Shown: positions 7,808 through 17,832, numbered from the stretch's first letter. The stretch is DNA of 64,000 bases from a virus (IMGVR_UViG_3300021431_003088); one strand, 5' to 3'. Notes: a model not told the origin generated them from the sequence alone. Numbers and translations are program-made.

Positions 7808-8383
7808 CTAACAATGATACTCATACTTAATAAGCCAGCGTTTTTCCTGTGTTGCTTTCGCTTCACAACGCTTTCTTTCTTCAGTAAGTATTTCTATTGC
7901 CGTTTCATAAGCCTCCTTCTTTGCATTAATTCTATCTTGCATTGATTTTGGTCTTATGTCTCCTTTGCAAACAGGACAGAAATTTCTAAATCCCTTTACA
8001 TAAGAAGTGGCAAGCTTTGAGCCACAATTTTTACAAGAAATAAATTGAGATTTTACTCCTTCATAATGAATTTTGCGTTTCATCTCGTCATATTCCCTGT
8101 AAAGACGACTAACTCTGTTTTCTAACTCAGTACACTTTTTTGTGTACTTTGTGTTAATAGGTGAATAGAACGGAACAGCTACTTGCCAATAAAACGAATC
8201 TTTCTTTTCTATCCACTCTCTCGCCTCGTCTTCGTTTGCAAATATAGTTGTAGTTATTTTTTCTAGCGGATCAAGTTCTGCGTGATAATCACCACAATCA
8301 ACAGCCTCCATATTTGCGTTAGCCCAAGCATTATTAAGTGCTTTGTCGTTGTACGCACAACTTACATAGTTAACACTGTGCAT
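7808..8383 (-). CDS. hypothetical protein with C-terminal zinc ribbon (CKNCGSK..CPVCKG)
   Basis: ORF track. Confidence 0.5.
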   Translation of the reverse strand: MHSVNYVSCAYNDKALNNAWANANMEAVDCGDYHAELDPLEKITTTIFANEDEAREWIEKKDSFYWQVAVPFYSPINTKYTKKCTELENRVSRLYREYDEMKRKIHYEGVKSQFISCKNCGSKLATSYVKGFRNFCPVCKGDIRPKSMQDRINAKKEAYETAIEILTEERKRCEAKATQEKRWLIKYEYHC

Positions 8384-8786
8384 AATAATACCTCCTTACT
8401 TTATATGCTGGTTTAACATTAGCAATAAAGAAATCATTTTCTTTTTGGATGCTGACTATTTCAAAATCATATCCTCTTATTGTAATTTCTTTTTCTTTTG
8501 CCAAATCATTGCCAATGTACTTGTATAGTTCTACTATTGGTATATTTGTATCATCAAGTATCAATAAAAGAGGTGCAAATAAAGTATGTGCTTCTTTTTC
8601 TGATACCTTTTTTGTGGATACAATTTCCTCGATAAGTCCGTCACTAATATATTTTGTTGCGAATTTATTGGCGATTTCTTTATCTAAAGTCCAATGTGTA
8701 GAACCATACCACTCTGATATTCTTTCACCTACCTTAATTTTTTTCTTTAAGATAAGGTAATCCTCTATAAAGAGTGCTACCGTCAT
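8370..8786 (-). CDS. hypothetical protein
   Basis: ORF track; overlaps downstream gene by 14 nt (operon-like). Confidence 0.45.
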   Translation of the reverse strand: MTVALFIEDYLILKKKIKVGERISEWYGSTHWTLDKEIANKFATKYISDGLIEEIVSTKKVSEKEAHTLFAPLLLILDDTNIPIVELYKYIGNDLAKEKEITIRGYDFEIVSIQKENDFFIANVKPAYKVRRYYYAQC

Positions 8787-8946
8787 GGTTTTTCGTATAT
8801 TTATTCAACTCATCTTCGGCTGAATAAATATCTCTATCTCCTGCAAAAAAATCTAAAACAGGATTTAACATCTTTTTCACCTCCTATAAATAAGAGATAC
8901 CCAGCTCCAAGAGGGTGTCTAATGTTTCCCTCTTGGTAGGGTTTTG

Positions 8947-9243
8947 TTACGCCATTCTTTCAGTCTCAACTTCTAAACCGTTTTCATATACGATTTTTAA
9001 GATACCGAAGGAATGACCTTTTTCAGCAGGAAAAGGCACACTAGCTGTTATTTCTTTTTCATAATCTGCTTTTGCATTTGCAAGGCCTTTTTCCGCTTCT
9101 TTTAGAGAAGAATATACATCGTATTGTAGGTAAAACCTATCGTTTTTGTCATATTCCTCTACTGCATATTCTATTTCTTTCATATGCACCTCCTTAATTG
9201 CATCTTTGGAGTGGATCAGACGGACTAAAATCACAATCCTCAT
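8947..9243 (-). CDS. hypothetical protein
   Basis: ORF track. Confidence 0.4.
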   Translation of the reverse strand: MRIVILVRLIHSKDAIKEVHMKEIEYAVEEYDKNDRFYLQYDVYSSLKEAEKGLANAKADYEKEITASVPFPAEKGHSFGILKIVYENGLEVETERMA

Positions 9244-9610
9244 ACCTTAACTGAGGGTTATGAGTTATTTTGATAGGATAATGTAACTTTTTATTATCGC
9301 TATCATAACAAGCAATGGAAATACCGATATCTCGCTTTTCCATATTCTTAAAAGCATCTTCGACGCTGAATTGGTTCTGAAGCCAATCGCACTCGAATGA
9401 ATTATCTTTTCTATATTCTTCGAGGTATTCTTCATTCCAATCAACAACAAGGTCATATATATCGGTATTCCCGAAATGACCATAGCCATCGTAATATGCT
9501 TCAATATGGCCTCCACCATATTCTTTTGGGATTAAGGCGTAAGCCTTCTCTCCTATTTTTATTTGCTTGTTGTTTTCACAATCAAGCCAAGAAAAATAAC
9601 CCATTTTCAT
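9194..9610 (-). CDS. hypothetical protein
   Basis: ORF track. Confidence 0.45.
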   Translation of the reverse strand: MKMGYFSWLDCENNKQIKIGEKAYALIPKEYGGGHIEAYYDGYGHFGNTDIYDLVVDWNEEYLEEYRKDNSFECDWLQNQFSVEDAFKNMEKRDIGISIACYDSDNKKLHYPIKITHNPQLRYEDCDFSPSDPLQRCN

Positions 9611-9662
9611 CTCCTTTCTGAAAACAAGAGAGCCTTAAAGACTCTCGATTGCCAAGTTGGGT

Positions 9663-10079
9663 TCAGTCCTCCATGTCGGCTAAAGGGACATACCTTTTAG
9701 CGTTGTTTCTAAAGTAAACAACACCTACTTTTTCGGTTTCTTTTATCTCCTTAAAGCAGTACCCATAAGGAGTGCAATAAGGCGATTCTTCCCAGTCTGT
9801 ACCTATTATTCCTTTAACAGCAACACTAGTTATACCGACTAAGATTCCAGAAAACTCTTTTTCTACTCTTTTTCGATATACCTTTTCGACACAATCGCCG
9901 TCAAAAGAAGATAAATCCTTTATTACTTCATCTTCTTTATAAGCACAAGCCGATGAATTGATGTCTGTAACTGTACTAGTGTTGCTCAGCGAACCATCCG
10001 AGTTGTAAAGTTGTATATATACACCATCCTTTACAGCCTTTAGATACGCTTTACAATTTACCTTTGTAAACAGTTTCAT
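9663..10079 (-). CDS. hypothetical protein (start trimmed to internal Met MKLFTK)
   Basis: RBS AAAGGAGAAAAAG before ATG at 10079; the longer track ORF would overlap the upstream gene. Confidence 0.45.
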   Translation of the reverse strand: MKLFTKVNCKAYLKAVKDGVYIQLYNSDGSLSNTSTVTDINSSACAYKEDEVIKDLSSFDGDCVEKVYRKRVEKEFSGILVGITSVAVKGIIGTDWEESPYCTPYGYCFKEIKETEKVGVVYFRNNAKRYVPLADMED

Positions 10080-10098
10080 CTTTTTCTCCTTTGCACAT

Positions 10099-10515
10099 CT
10101 AATCCTCAATAAGAGAAGCTGATTCTTCTTGAAAACTACAAGTGTGGGTTTTGTCCTTGTCCACCTCGTAATATTCAATGCTTACTTCAACATTTTGAGC
10201 CTGATTATCAATTAGCTGATATTCTTGCTCTTCGCTAAAGTATATCCCTATTTTATAAGGCTTCATTCCCTTTAGCTCATTGAAGTCTTGAAGTTTCATG
10301 TCGTGCCATTCGTCGTCATTTACCGAAACTTCTAAGCCCTTAAAACGAGCAGAATACATTCCGTCGTCGCCTAGTCCATAATCGGACTCCCAATTACAAG
10401 CAACACTAATCGTGTTGCCACAGTCATCTTCAAAAGCAATGTAATTAACTTGCGGATTATATTCATCATCCTCTCGCTTTACATTCATTTCGAAGTTGAA
10501 ATACATTCTAGCCAT
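10099..10515 (-). CDS. hypothetical protein, paralogue family A
   Basis: shares motifs with 7328..7771. Confidence 0.5.
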   Translation of the reverse strand: MARMYFNFEMNVKREDDEYNPQVNYIAFEDDCGNTISVACNWESDYGLGDDGMYSARFKGLEVSVNDDEWHDMKLQDFNELKGMKPYKIGIYFSEEQEYQLIDNQAQNVEVSIEYYEVDKDKTHTCSFQEESASLIED

Positions 10516-10563
10516 AACTACCTCCTTTCAATTATGTGTATTTTTCAATACAAGCCTACAATT

Positions 10564-10604
10564 ACTTATTTATATAAGTGTAAAAAAGCACCCCGAAGGG
10601 TGCT
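10564..10604 (-). promoter_or_regulatory. promoter motif copy fused to terminator hairpin GCACCCCGAAGGGTGC
   Basis: hairpin is one of 3 near-identical copies (10589, 12967, 13302). Confidence 0.45.
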
Positions 10605-10631
10605 TTTTCAAGTTTTTATAATTGCAATATC

Positions 10632-10934
10632 CTATTGAAAGTTTGCCAACCGAGCAAAGTTGATAAGCCACACAGCGTCTTCCTCTGAAAGCTCAAAGTC
10701 ACGCCATAATCCCGTATCGGAATCGCCCTCAAAGCATGGAGCATAACTCGCAGAAAGCACATTATAATCCGAAGATGGAATATCTACAATTAGACATATA
10801 GAGGTTGAAACCACTTTGTCTTCTGGAAATTCTTCACTACACAAGTCTGCTGGACCGTAAAAGTATATTTCAAGTTCTGTACTACCTGCGCATGTTTCAT
10901 CATAACCTAATTTCTTTACATTGAAGTCTTTCAT
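10632..10934 (-). CDS. hypothetical protein
   Basis: ORF track. Confidence 0.45.
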   Translation of the reverse strand: MKDFNVKKLGYDETCAGSTELEIYFYGPADLCSEEFPEDKVVSTSICLIVDIPSSDYNVLSASYAPCFEGDSDTGLWRDFELSEEDAVWLINFARLANFQ

Positions 10935-10986
10935 ATTCCTACCTCCTTAGTGGAACAATTCTAATAATAGAACAATAATAATTACA

Positions 10987-11008
10987 TACTTATATAAGAT
11001 GTTTTGTC
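10987..11008 (-). promoter_or_regulatory. conserved phage promoter motif copy
   Basis: cttatataagatg. Confidence 0.4.
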
Positions 11009-11064
11009 AGAAATAGCAAAAAAAAAGACTCAGCGTAAGCTGAGCCTTTAAATATTATTAAGTT

Positions 11065-11853
11065 TTACATATAATCGAAGATGGAATACTGGTTTATTTC
11101 CATTTCAAGTATGCTTTTCCATTTGTTTTTAACTCGATGCTTTATAGTATCAGCACCTACCGTCTTAAAAAGCCATATCTTGCCTTTTTCTCTTAGTATT
11201 CTTTCTTCTGTTTCCTTTATGCAGTCAAACATATAGTTAAACATATCTTCGTCAATATAGAGCAGATATGCCATCTCCTTCATTGAAAGAAACGGACATA
11301 ACATACAACCTTGACGTTTAAAATATTTATAATAGCCCTCGAATATAGGCTCTGTTTTAGCCCATTCGAGAATCTGCCATTCTTCTATGCCTTCCTCTGC
11401 TAAAGGATAGCAACATTCTTGATCTTGCCAGTTGCCAATTTTGTACTTAAATCGTGCTTTTTCATCAGCACAAAGACCAATATATGCTACTGGTCTGCAA
11501 TTTTGTTGCCTTATCCAAGTTTCTAATTGCTTCTTGCAGTCGAGTTTATACTCGCTATTGCACCATCTGGCGTGTGCATTAGGGAATCCGTATTTTTCAT
11601 ATAATTCTTCCCAACTTTTTCTGGGTTTTATCCTTAAAAAAGTTATTCCTGCTGCCTCACACCTTTTTTGCATTTCGTCTATTACTCTCTTGCTCCAACC
11701 CCAATCAATCTCCAATTCAAAATGTACCACCATATCGAGAGGATATTTGTCGAGATTGTTGAGTATAAGATTAAGCATACAAAAGCTGTCTTTGCCACCT
11801 GAAACACTAGCATAGTGAACAGGTCTTAAACTTAAATTTATCACGCACCACAC
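11065..11853 (-). CDS. PAPS reductase-family PP-loop ATP pyrophosphatase-like protein
   Basis: PP-loop SGGKDS near the N-terminus (ASVSGGKDSFCML). Confidence 0.65.
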   Translation of the reverse strand: MWCVINLSLRPVHYASVSGGKDSFCMLNLILNNLDKYPLDMVVHFELEIDWGWSKRVIDEMQKRCEAAGITFLRIKPRKSWEELYEKYGFPNAHARWCNSEYKLDCKKQLETWIRQQNCRPVAYIGLCADEKARFKYKIGNWQDQECCYPLAEEGIEEWQILEWAKTEPIFEGYYKYFKRQGCMLCPFLSMKEMAYLLYIDEDMFNYMFDCIKETEERILREKGKIWLFKTVGADTIKHRVKNKWKSILEMEINQYSIFDYM

Positions 11854-12000
11854 TACACAAGTCCGTAATGTGGAAACATTGTCAGCAGGCGTTTTTTAGC
11901 ATACTTTAATCCGGTCTTTCACGGAACCCATTTTACAATGTTTTATACATAAATCTGTTTTACTTTACCCCTTATGTAACCTCGTTTACGAGGATTGCGC

Positions 12001-12312
12001 TTACTCCTTTCTGCCTGCTTTGCAGGCTTCTATGTTTGCTTCTATGATTGTTGGTGCATCATCTATATGAGTTCTTGCTATTATAATCCCATCTTTTACC
12101 GCTTCATTTATAGGTTGTCGTATGCCAAAAGTATATTCATAACTTTTTTGTCGCTCTTTTAAGTCGTTATCTAATTCATCAGCATCAATCAACCTTCCGT
12201 GTCCTTTTGGCAAGGGTATTCCGTTCTTGATTGCAACAAGAATTGTGTCAATAAGTTCACCTCGACACATCTTGTCGTAATCTTTTTTAGATATATTAAT
12301 TACTATTTGCAT
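12001..12312 (-). CDS. hypothetical protein with LPKGHGRLID motif (start trimmed to MQIVINIS)
   Basis: RBS AAAGGAAAG upstream of ATG at 12312; motif shared with 46431..46895. Confidence 0.45.
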   Translation of the reverse strand: MQIVINISKKDYDKMCRGELIDTILVAIKNGIPLPKGHGRLIDADELDNDLKERQKSYEYTFGIRQPINEAVKDGIIIARTHIDDAPTIIEANIEACKAGRKE

Positions 12313-12314
12313 AA

Positions 12315-12935
12315 TTATTCTTTCCTTTCTGCATCTGCACAATAGAAATCAGGATGACAGCCACACTTATCGCATTCCCATACAAGATGTCCTGTTTTAT
12401 CTTTCGCTCTTTTCCAGTTCCCCGTCTTGAGTGCAGGTGTTACAGATGGCACAATACGATTTCTGATAGTATTCATAACCTCTTTATACATATCTTCGTT
12501 AACCACGCAACCACCATCACAACCTCTATCACTTTTTAATGAGTTAGTACACATAGCACATCTGATACCCTCGTCTAATCCTTGTGTATGTATTGCTATA
12601 ATACCTTCGCAAGGCTCTTGCTCTAGTGTCTTGATAGCTTCGTTATCTGCATAAAGCTCTTGCTCGTTCCAGAATGTTAGTTGGACAATTTCTTGCTGAT
12701 GAATTTCCTTATCCATGAATGGAAATTCATTGCATTTAGGACAAAGGATTGTATTATACACATCTTTATCATCTTCATCTAATATATAGCCAGTCCAATT
12801 TTGATCTGTATCTATGCCATAACAGTCATCGCCTAAATCATCAATGTCTGCTAATACATTGCTGTCTGAACCGTCAGCGAAGAATTTGCGTATTAATACT
12901 TGGCTTATTTCCTCGCCACAACAATTACATTTCAT
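12315..12935 (-). CDS. Cys-rich hypothetical protein (multiple CxxC pairs)
   Basis: ORF track. Confidence 0.5.
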   Translation of the reverse strand: MKCNCCGEEISQVLIRKFFADGSDSNVLADIDDLGDDCYGIDTDQNWTGYILDEDDKDVYNTILCPKCNEFPFMDKEIHQQEIVQLTFWNEQELYADNEAIKTLEQEPCEGIIAIHTQGLDEGIRCAMCTNSLKSDRGCDGGCVVNEDMYKEVMNTIRNRIVPSVTPALKTGNWKRAKDKTGHLVWECDKCGCHPDFYCADAERKE

Positions 12936-13007
12936 AAAATTCTCTCCTTTCTAATTATGAAATCAGGCACCCCGCAGGGTGCTTGATTTTACCTGCTCGG
13001 CTAGGCA

Positions 13008-13301
13008 TTATAATGTTGAGAATTTCTTTGTTTCAAAAATAATACCTTCGATAGCTTTTGCAAGGTCGTCAATATAAACGGCAGTTTCATCGTCAACTGC
13101 CTCGCCGTTTATAAATGTAGATATATCAAATAAATTTCCATATTTGATATCAGCTTCACCGTCTCGCCAAACTGTCAATTCTTTGTTTCCGATACAAAGT
13201 TTTGCTGACTGACCTCTATCAAGGTTTCTACATTCTAAAACAAATGATTCTAAAGATTTTCCCATTTCTTTTCTCCTTTCTTTAGAACATAAGAAATACA
13301 A
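13008..13301 (-). CDS. hypothetical protein
   Basis: ORF track. Confidence 0.45.
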   Translation of the reverse strand: MYFLCSKERRKEMGKSLESFVLECRNLDRGQSAKLCIGNKELTVWRDGEADIKYGNLFDISTFINGEAVDDETAVYIDDLAKAIEGIIFETKKFSTL

Positions 13302-13323
13302 GCACCCCGAAGGGTGCTTTTGT

Positions 13324-13860
13324 TTAGGTTTCTTTGAATGTCACTTCAAATTCGTCATAGTCTTTGAAATTATCAAGATTATTCTCAACGGAAATAACAT
13401 CACCAGCCCAGTAGCCGACATAATCGGCTCCGATACTGGAGTAATAATCGCCACCGCCTTGACCATTGCCTACTGCGGTTAATAGCGGTAGTGGGTGCAA
13501 GCACCAATCATCTTTGTCAACACTTCTTTTGTAGTAAGTGTTGCAATTCAAGTAAGTTCTTTTTGTGTGATTTACTAAAAACTTACCGTTTAAAGATACT
13601 TGGGCTTCCGCAAGTTTGCTATGTCTTGCCTTTTTGCCCCATGCTTCTTCGTATCTTTCAAAGCCTACGTCGTTGGAATAATCTCCTACCCACCAAACCT
13701 TTGTAGGTTTATGGTGAATTTCGTGGCAAACCGTATTCACAAACGGATTTAGCCACCACGAATGTTCTGTGATTTTTTTTCCAGACCAATCGTCCTTAAT
13801 GTCAGAAATCAATCTTACTTTTTGATTTCTTTCAAGCATTGCTACATAATACTGTCCCAT
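13324..13860 (-). CDS. hypothetical protein
   Basis: ORF track. Confidence 0.5.
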   Translation of the reverse strand: MGQYYVAMLERNQKVRLISDIKDDWSGKKITEHSWWLNPFVNTVCHEIHHKPTKVWWVGDYSNDVGFERYEEAWGKKARHSKLAEAQVSLNGKFLVNHTKRTYLNCNTYYKRSVDKDDWCLHPLPLLTAVGNGQGGGDYYSSIGADYVGYWAGDVISVENNLDNFKDYDEFEVTFKET

Positions 13861-13915
13861 AATTTTCTCCTTTCTTTAGAAAATAGGAAATATAATATTT
13901 TCCTTGTTTACGATA

Positions 13916-13939
13916 CTTATTTATATAAGTTGAAAAATG
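13916..13939 (-). promoter_or_regulatory. conserved phage promoter motif copy
   Basis: cttatttatataagttgaaaaatg. Confidence 0.45.
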
Positions 13940-14021
13940 AATATGAGAAATAAAAGAACGAGGTTGTTTTGCAATAAAAAAACCACCATAGATAATTTCT
14001 ATAGTGGTTTTTATAAGAAAA

Positions 14022-14939
14022 TTACATAGATGATAAGGCAAGTGTCGGCGTTATATTATTTAGCCTATTAAATATATTTTTTACCTTTTGCTTATCTATC
14101 TCTACTAGGATTGCCCTTCTATTTGTTTTGATAGCAGCTTCACCTGTGACACCTGAACCAGCAAACGGATCAAGTATTAATTCGCTTGGGTTTGTTAGGA
14201 ACTCTATTATTTGTTCATAGAGTTCAACAGGTTTTTCGCTTTGAGAAATCTGCTCCTTTCGAGGGACTGCTTGCACATCAAAACAAGTCGGCAACATTCC
14301 TTTAGCTCCTGACATAAACCTTGTTGGATTACCTTCAGAATCCAAACCTCTTTGTTTGTCAGGTCTGAGTTTCCTCGCTTTTCCTTTGGAAAATATCATT
14401 ATATCCTCAGAGTTTTTTGCACATCTTCCCGTATTAGATACAAAACTTCCTTTCTTCCAAGGTATTTTTGCATAATACTCAAAACCTGCTTCTAGCGCCA
14501 TCTCTTTGATATTATATAAATATTCAAAATTATTGGCAGACTCTGGGGGTAAGACTTCGACTAAAAAGCATCCGTCTCCTAAAATACGGGCTTTTTCTAA
14601 GAAATCTTCTTTTGTGTATCTTAGCGTTTCGTAATTTGCAAAGTTTCGATTACCTCCTTTGTTTGATTTTGAAACTTCCCAAGGGTGGTCACAAATCAAA
14701 AGATTGATTTTTTTATCATCAATCATTTTTGTTTTCCTTCCATCACCCTCTATTACCAATACTGATTGGTCTTTAGTGAGATAAAGACCTCTGCCTATCT
14801 TCTTGAATTTAATTCCAAGATTTTCGTAAATCCTTGCCCTAACCGACTCAGGGTTTACGGTAGGATTTGCCTTATAGGCTTCTTTGAGGCTAAAGGATTT
14901 TCCTTTAAAAGCCTCAATAAGAGTATCTACAATACTCAT
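14022..14939 (-). CDS. DNA methyltransferase, beta class (N6-adenine or N4-cytosine; N-4/N-6 methylase family)
   Basis: DPPY-like motif IV (CDHPW) precedes motif I (DPFAGSGVTGEAA). Confidence 0.75.
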   Translation of the reverse strand: MSIVDTLIEAFKGKSFSLKEAYKANPTVNPESVRARIYENLGIKFKKIGRGLYLTKDQSVLVIEGDGRKTKMIDDKKINLLICDHPWEVSKSNKGGNRNFANYETLRYTKEDFLEKARILGDGCFLVEVLPPESANNFEYLYNIKEMALEAGFEYYAKIPWKKGSFVSNTGRCAKNSEDIMIFSKGKARKLRPDKQRGLDSEGNPTRFMSGAKGMLPTCFDVQAVPRKEQISQSEKPVELYEQIIEFLTNPSELILDPFAGSGVTGEAAIKTNRRAILVEIDKQKVKNIFNRLNNITPTLALSSM

Positions 14940-15124
14940 ATTTCTTCCTCCTCTGAATTTTCATTTAATTCTTCTTCAACCTGATCTATACTTGCATCAC
15001 ACACATTGTTTTTTAGCAACGGTGTCATACTGATTGTTTTGGGTTCTTTGTAATCAGCATATATGCCCGTTTTTTCTTCAGGTGAACCAAGGTGCTTTTT
15101 TTCTAATTCAGCATAATAGTCCAT
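14936..15124 (-). CDS. hypothetical acidic small protein
   Basis: ORF track; 4-nt overlap with MTase gene. Confidence 0.4.
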   Translation of the reverse strand: MDYYAELEKKHLGSPEEKTGIYADYKEPKTISMTPLLKNNVCDASIDQVEEELNENSEEEEI

Positions 15125-15140
15125 ATTTAATTCCCCTTTC

Positions 15141-15401
15141 TTATGATATGGCTTTTAACCATACTGGTTTAACTCCCTCGTCATCACGAAGGTCTTTATA
15201 ACAAGCTCTGATACTCATTGCAGCATCATTAGAGTAGTTATAATAACTTTCTAAAAATAAGCCGTATTCGACTTCTTCTCTTAAAGAAAGTCCCTCTTTT
15301 TGCTTCTTTTCTTGAAGCCTTAAAAGGTTACTCCAAGCCCACTCTTTGCCCTTTAGCCAATTTAAGAGTGTTTTTTCGTTTTCTGTAAGCGCATTTTTCA
15401 T
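15141..15401 (-). CDS. hypothetical protein
   Basis: ORF track. Confidence 0.45.
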   Translation of the reverse strand: MKNALTENEKTLLNWLKGKEWAWSNLLRLQEKKQKEGLSLREEVEYGLFLESYYNYSNDAAMSIRACYKDLRDDEGVKPVWLKAIS

Positions 15402-15457
15402 GCATTTCCTCCTTTCTACAAAAAAAGAACTCTTTTGAGTTCTTAGTCTATAATTAC

Positions 15458-15480
15458 TTTTTTATATAAGTGGAAAATAA
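15458..15480 (-). promoter_or_regulatory. conserved phage promoter motif copy
   Basis: ttttttatataagtggaaaataa; terminator hairpin agaactcttttgagttct just before it. Confidence 0.45.
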
Positions 15481-15489
15481 AAAAAGCCC

Positions 15490-15648
15490 TAGTTTTTGTC
15501 TAGAGCTTTTGAGTTTAGTTCTGTGTCTATAATTTTTTCAGCCTTATGTAGTCCTTTTACTACCTTTATATCTGTTTCCTTGTGGCTTTCTTCTACTATG
15601 AGTGTTTTTATCTTTTCTAACAATTCTATTCTTTCTTTGCTATTCATA
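15490..15648 (-). CDS. possible small ORF (~52 aa, MNSKERIELLEK...)
   Basis: hand translation, RBS GAGGAAGG upstream; below ORF-track cutoff. Confidence 0.3.
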
Positions 15649-15692
15649 AGCCTTCCTCACATTGCATCAAATAGGTCTGATGCTAATTAATA

Positions 15693-15911
15693 TTATCTTT
15701 CTTTTGAATGGAGTGTAGTTTTACCCGCTTCATCTGTTACATACGTTTCTGTGAACTTTCTAAGCTCACCATCTGGATTAATTATTGTTGCGTTTTTTAG
15801 TTTCTTTCTTTTATGCAACTGTTCGATTACTTTCTTTCCTGTCACAATCCCTGTAACAACTCCTACAATTCCTGTTACTACTATTACTGGTGTTAATAAT
15901 TCTCTTTTCAT
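15693..15911 (-). CDS. small membrane protein
   Basis: ORF track; N-terminal TM. Confidence 0.45.
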   Translation of the reverse strand: MKRELLTPVIVVTGIVGVVTGIVTGKKVIEQLHKRKKLKNATIINPDGELRKFTETYVTDEAGKTTLHSKER

Positions 15912-15914
15912 AAT

Positions 15915-17789
15915 TTATTCTCCTTTTAATTTGTTTACGCTACTTGCTACATAATTGTTTAGTTTTTTCATAAACTCTTCTTCTGACACCTTGCCCTCTG
16001 CTACTTGCGTGAGTCCTTTTTCCCAGCTTGCGGTAAAATCGGGGCGTAGCATTGATGGTAATGCTTCTTTGACGGATAAATAGACTTTATTTCCTAGATT
16101 AGTAGGCGTAATTATCTGCGTCTTTTTATCAAGGGCTAGATATTTGATTTTTACGAGCTTTTTTAGTGTCTCTGCTCTTGTTGCTGATGTACCTATACCG
16201 CTAGTTTTTATTTGTTCTCTTAATTCCTCGTCTTCTATTAGCTTTCCAGCATTTTCCATAGCAAGAATTAAAGAACCTGAGTTGTATCTACTAGGCGGTT
16301 TTGTTTCTGCCTCTTTGACTTCAAATGTAGAGGCTGTTATATTATCCCCTACAGCCTTGTCATTTAGCCAATTTGAGAGGTTTTTATTATTATCCTTAAT
16401 AAGTCTAGGATAAAGCCCTAAAAAGCCTTTAGAAGCCAAAAACGAGGCTTTTAAGTCGAATGTTTCGTTGCCAAATTCTGCCTCTAAAACCACCTTATTA
16501 TATTCTGCGCTAGGCAGGAATATTGCTACTAATCTTCTAGCGATTAAATCATAGATATTCTTATGTAAAGTTGATAAGTTGTCTAGTTCATTTATTGCTT
16601 GTCCTGTAGGGATAATTGCATAGTGATCTGATATTTTACTATCATCTACATATTTTTTCTTTTCTATGCCTTTATACAGGTTATTATCAAGTACATAATT
16701 TGTTATATTGGTAAGTTCACTATAGCCACTTGCAATACCTCTTAAATTTCTATCAATCTCCTTTGCAACTGCTGAAGATAATACCCTAGCGTCAGTTCTA
16801 GGGTAGGTAACTAGCTTCTTTTCATACAGTTCTTGTACTACATTAAGGGTTTCATCCGGGCTAATCTTAAATGCCTTGCTACACTCGTTTTGTAACTCTG
16901 CAAGGTTATATAATAAAGGTGCGTTCTTTTTAGTCTTTTTATTTTCTAATTTAGTAATTTTACCATTGTTTTGTAGCTTACTAATTAAATCATTAGCATC
17001 ATCTATTTTTTTAAAACCACGTTCATTAAATAAAAGTGGATTATTTACATCTTTTGCTTTCCATTCAAGAGAAACACCGTCATCAACATTAGCATTTATT
17101 TTATAAAAGGTGTCTTTTTTGAAGTTTATTATCTCATCTTCTCTTTCTACCACCATAGCGAGAACACAAGTCATTACCCTGCCTACAGATATAAAGCACT
17201 TATCGAGTCCTAATTGCTGTTTGATGTTGTATGCTTTCTTTAGGGTTAAAGCACGAGAAAAGTTAATGCCTATTAAATAGTCCTCTTTTGCTCTGCAATA
17301 TGCACTACTTGATAAGTTATCATAAAAAGACAAAGGTTTTGCTTCTTTAAGTCCTCTTTTTACCTCATCATCAGTCTGAGAGTCTATCCATACTCGGAGT
17401 ATTTTCTTTTTCTTCACTTTGCTTTGATTACATTGTTGAAGCACCAGTCGGAAAATATATTCTCCTTCTCTCGCAGAGTCCGTACAGGCATATATAGTGT
17501 CCACATCTGCCCTCTCAAATAAGGATTTTACTACCTTAAATTGCTTACTTACTGCTTTAATAGTTTCATATTTGTATGTATCTGGTATGAAAGGTAATGT
17601 ATCAAGCGACCATTTCTTCATATTAGCATCGTACTCTTCGGGATAAGACATAGCGATTAAGTGTCCTACACACCAAGTAATTATTGTATTTTGACTTTCT
17701 ACATATCCATCATGTCTTGTTGTCTTTAGCTTTAGTGCTTTTGCAAATTGCATTGCGACAGATGGTTTTTCTGTTAAGATTAAGTTCAC
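15915..17789 (-). CDS. DNA topoisomerase type IA (topoisomerase III-like)
   Basis: TOPRIM N-terminus ILTEKPSVAMQFAKAL, WCVGHL, DSAREGE; 624 aa. Confidence 0.85.
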   Translation of the reverse strand: MNLILTEKPSVAMQFAKALKLKTTRHDGYVESQNTIITWCVGHLIAMSYPEEYDANMKKWSLDTLPFIPDTYKYETIKAVSKQFKVVKSLFERADVDTIYACTDSAREGEYIFRLVLQQCNQSKVKKKKILRVWIDSQTDDEVKRGLKEAKPLSFYDNLSSSAYCRAKEDYLIGINFSRALTLKKAYNIKQQLGLDKCFISVGRVMTCVLAMVVEREDEIINFKKDTFYKINANVDDGVSLEWKAKDVNNPLLFNERGFKKIDDANDLISKLQNNGKITKLENKKTKKNAPLLYNLAELQNECSKAFKISPDETLNVVQELYEKKLVTYPRTDARVLSSAVAKEIDRNLRGIASGYSELTNITNYVLDNNLYKGIEKKKYVDDSKISDHYAIIPTGQAINELDNLSTLHKNIYDLIARRLVAIFLPSAEYNKVVLEAEFGNETFDLKASFLASKGFLGLYPRLIKDNNKNLSNWLNDKAVGDNITASTFEVKEAETKPPSRYNSGSLILAMENAGKLIEDEELREQIKTSGIGTSATRAETLKKLVKIKYLALDKKTQIITPTNLGNKVYLSVKEALPSMLRPDFTASWEKGLTQVAEGKVSEEEFMKKLNNYVASSVNKLKGE

Positions 17790-17832
17790 AAATATTTCTC
17801 CCTTTAAGTGTTTTCGAAATCTAAATTCCTAT

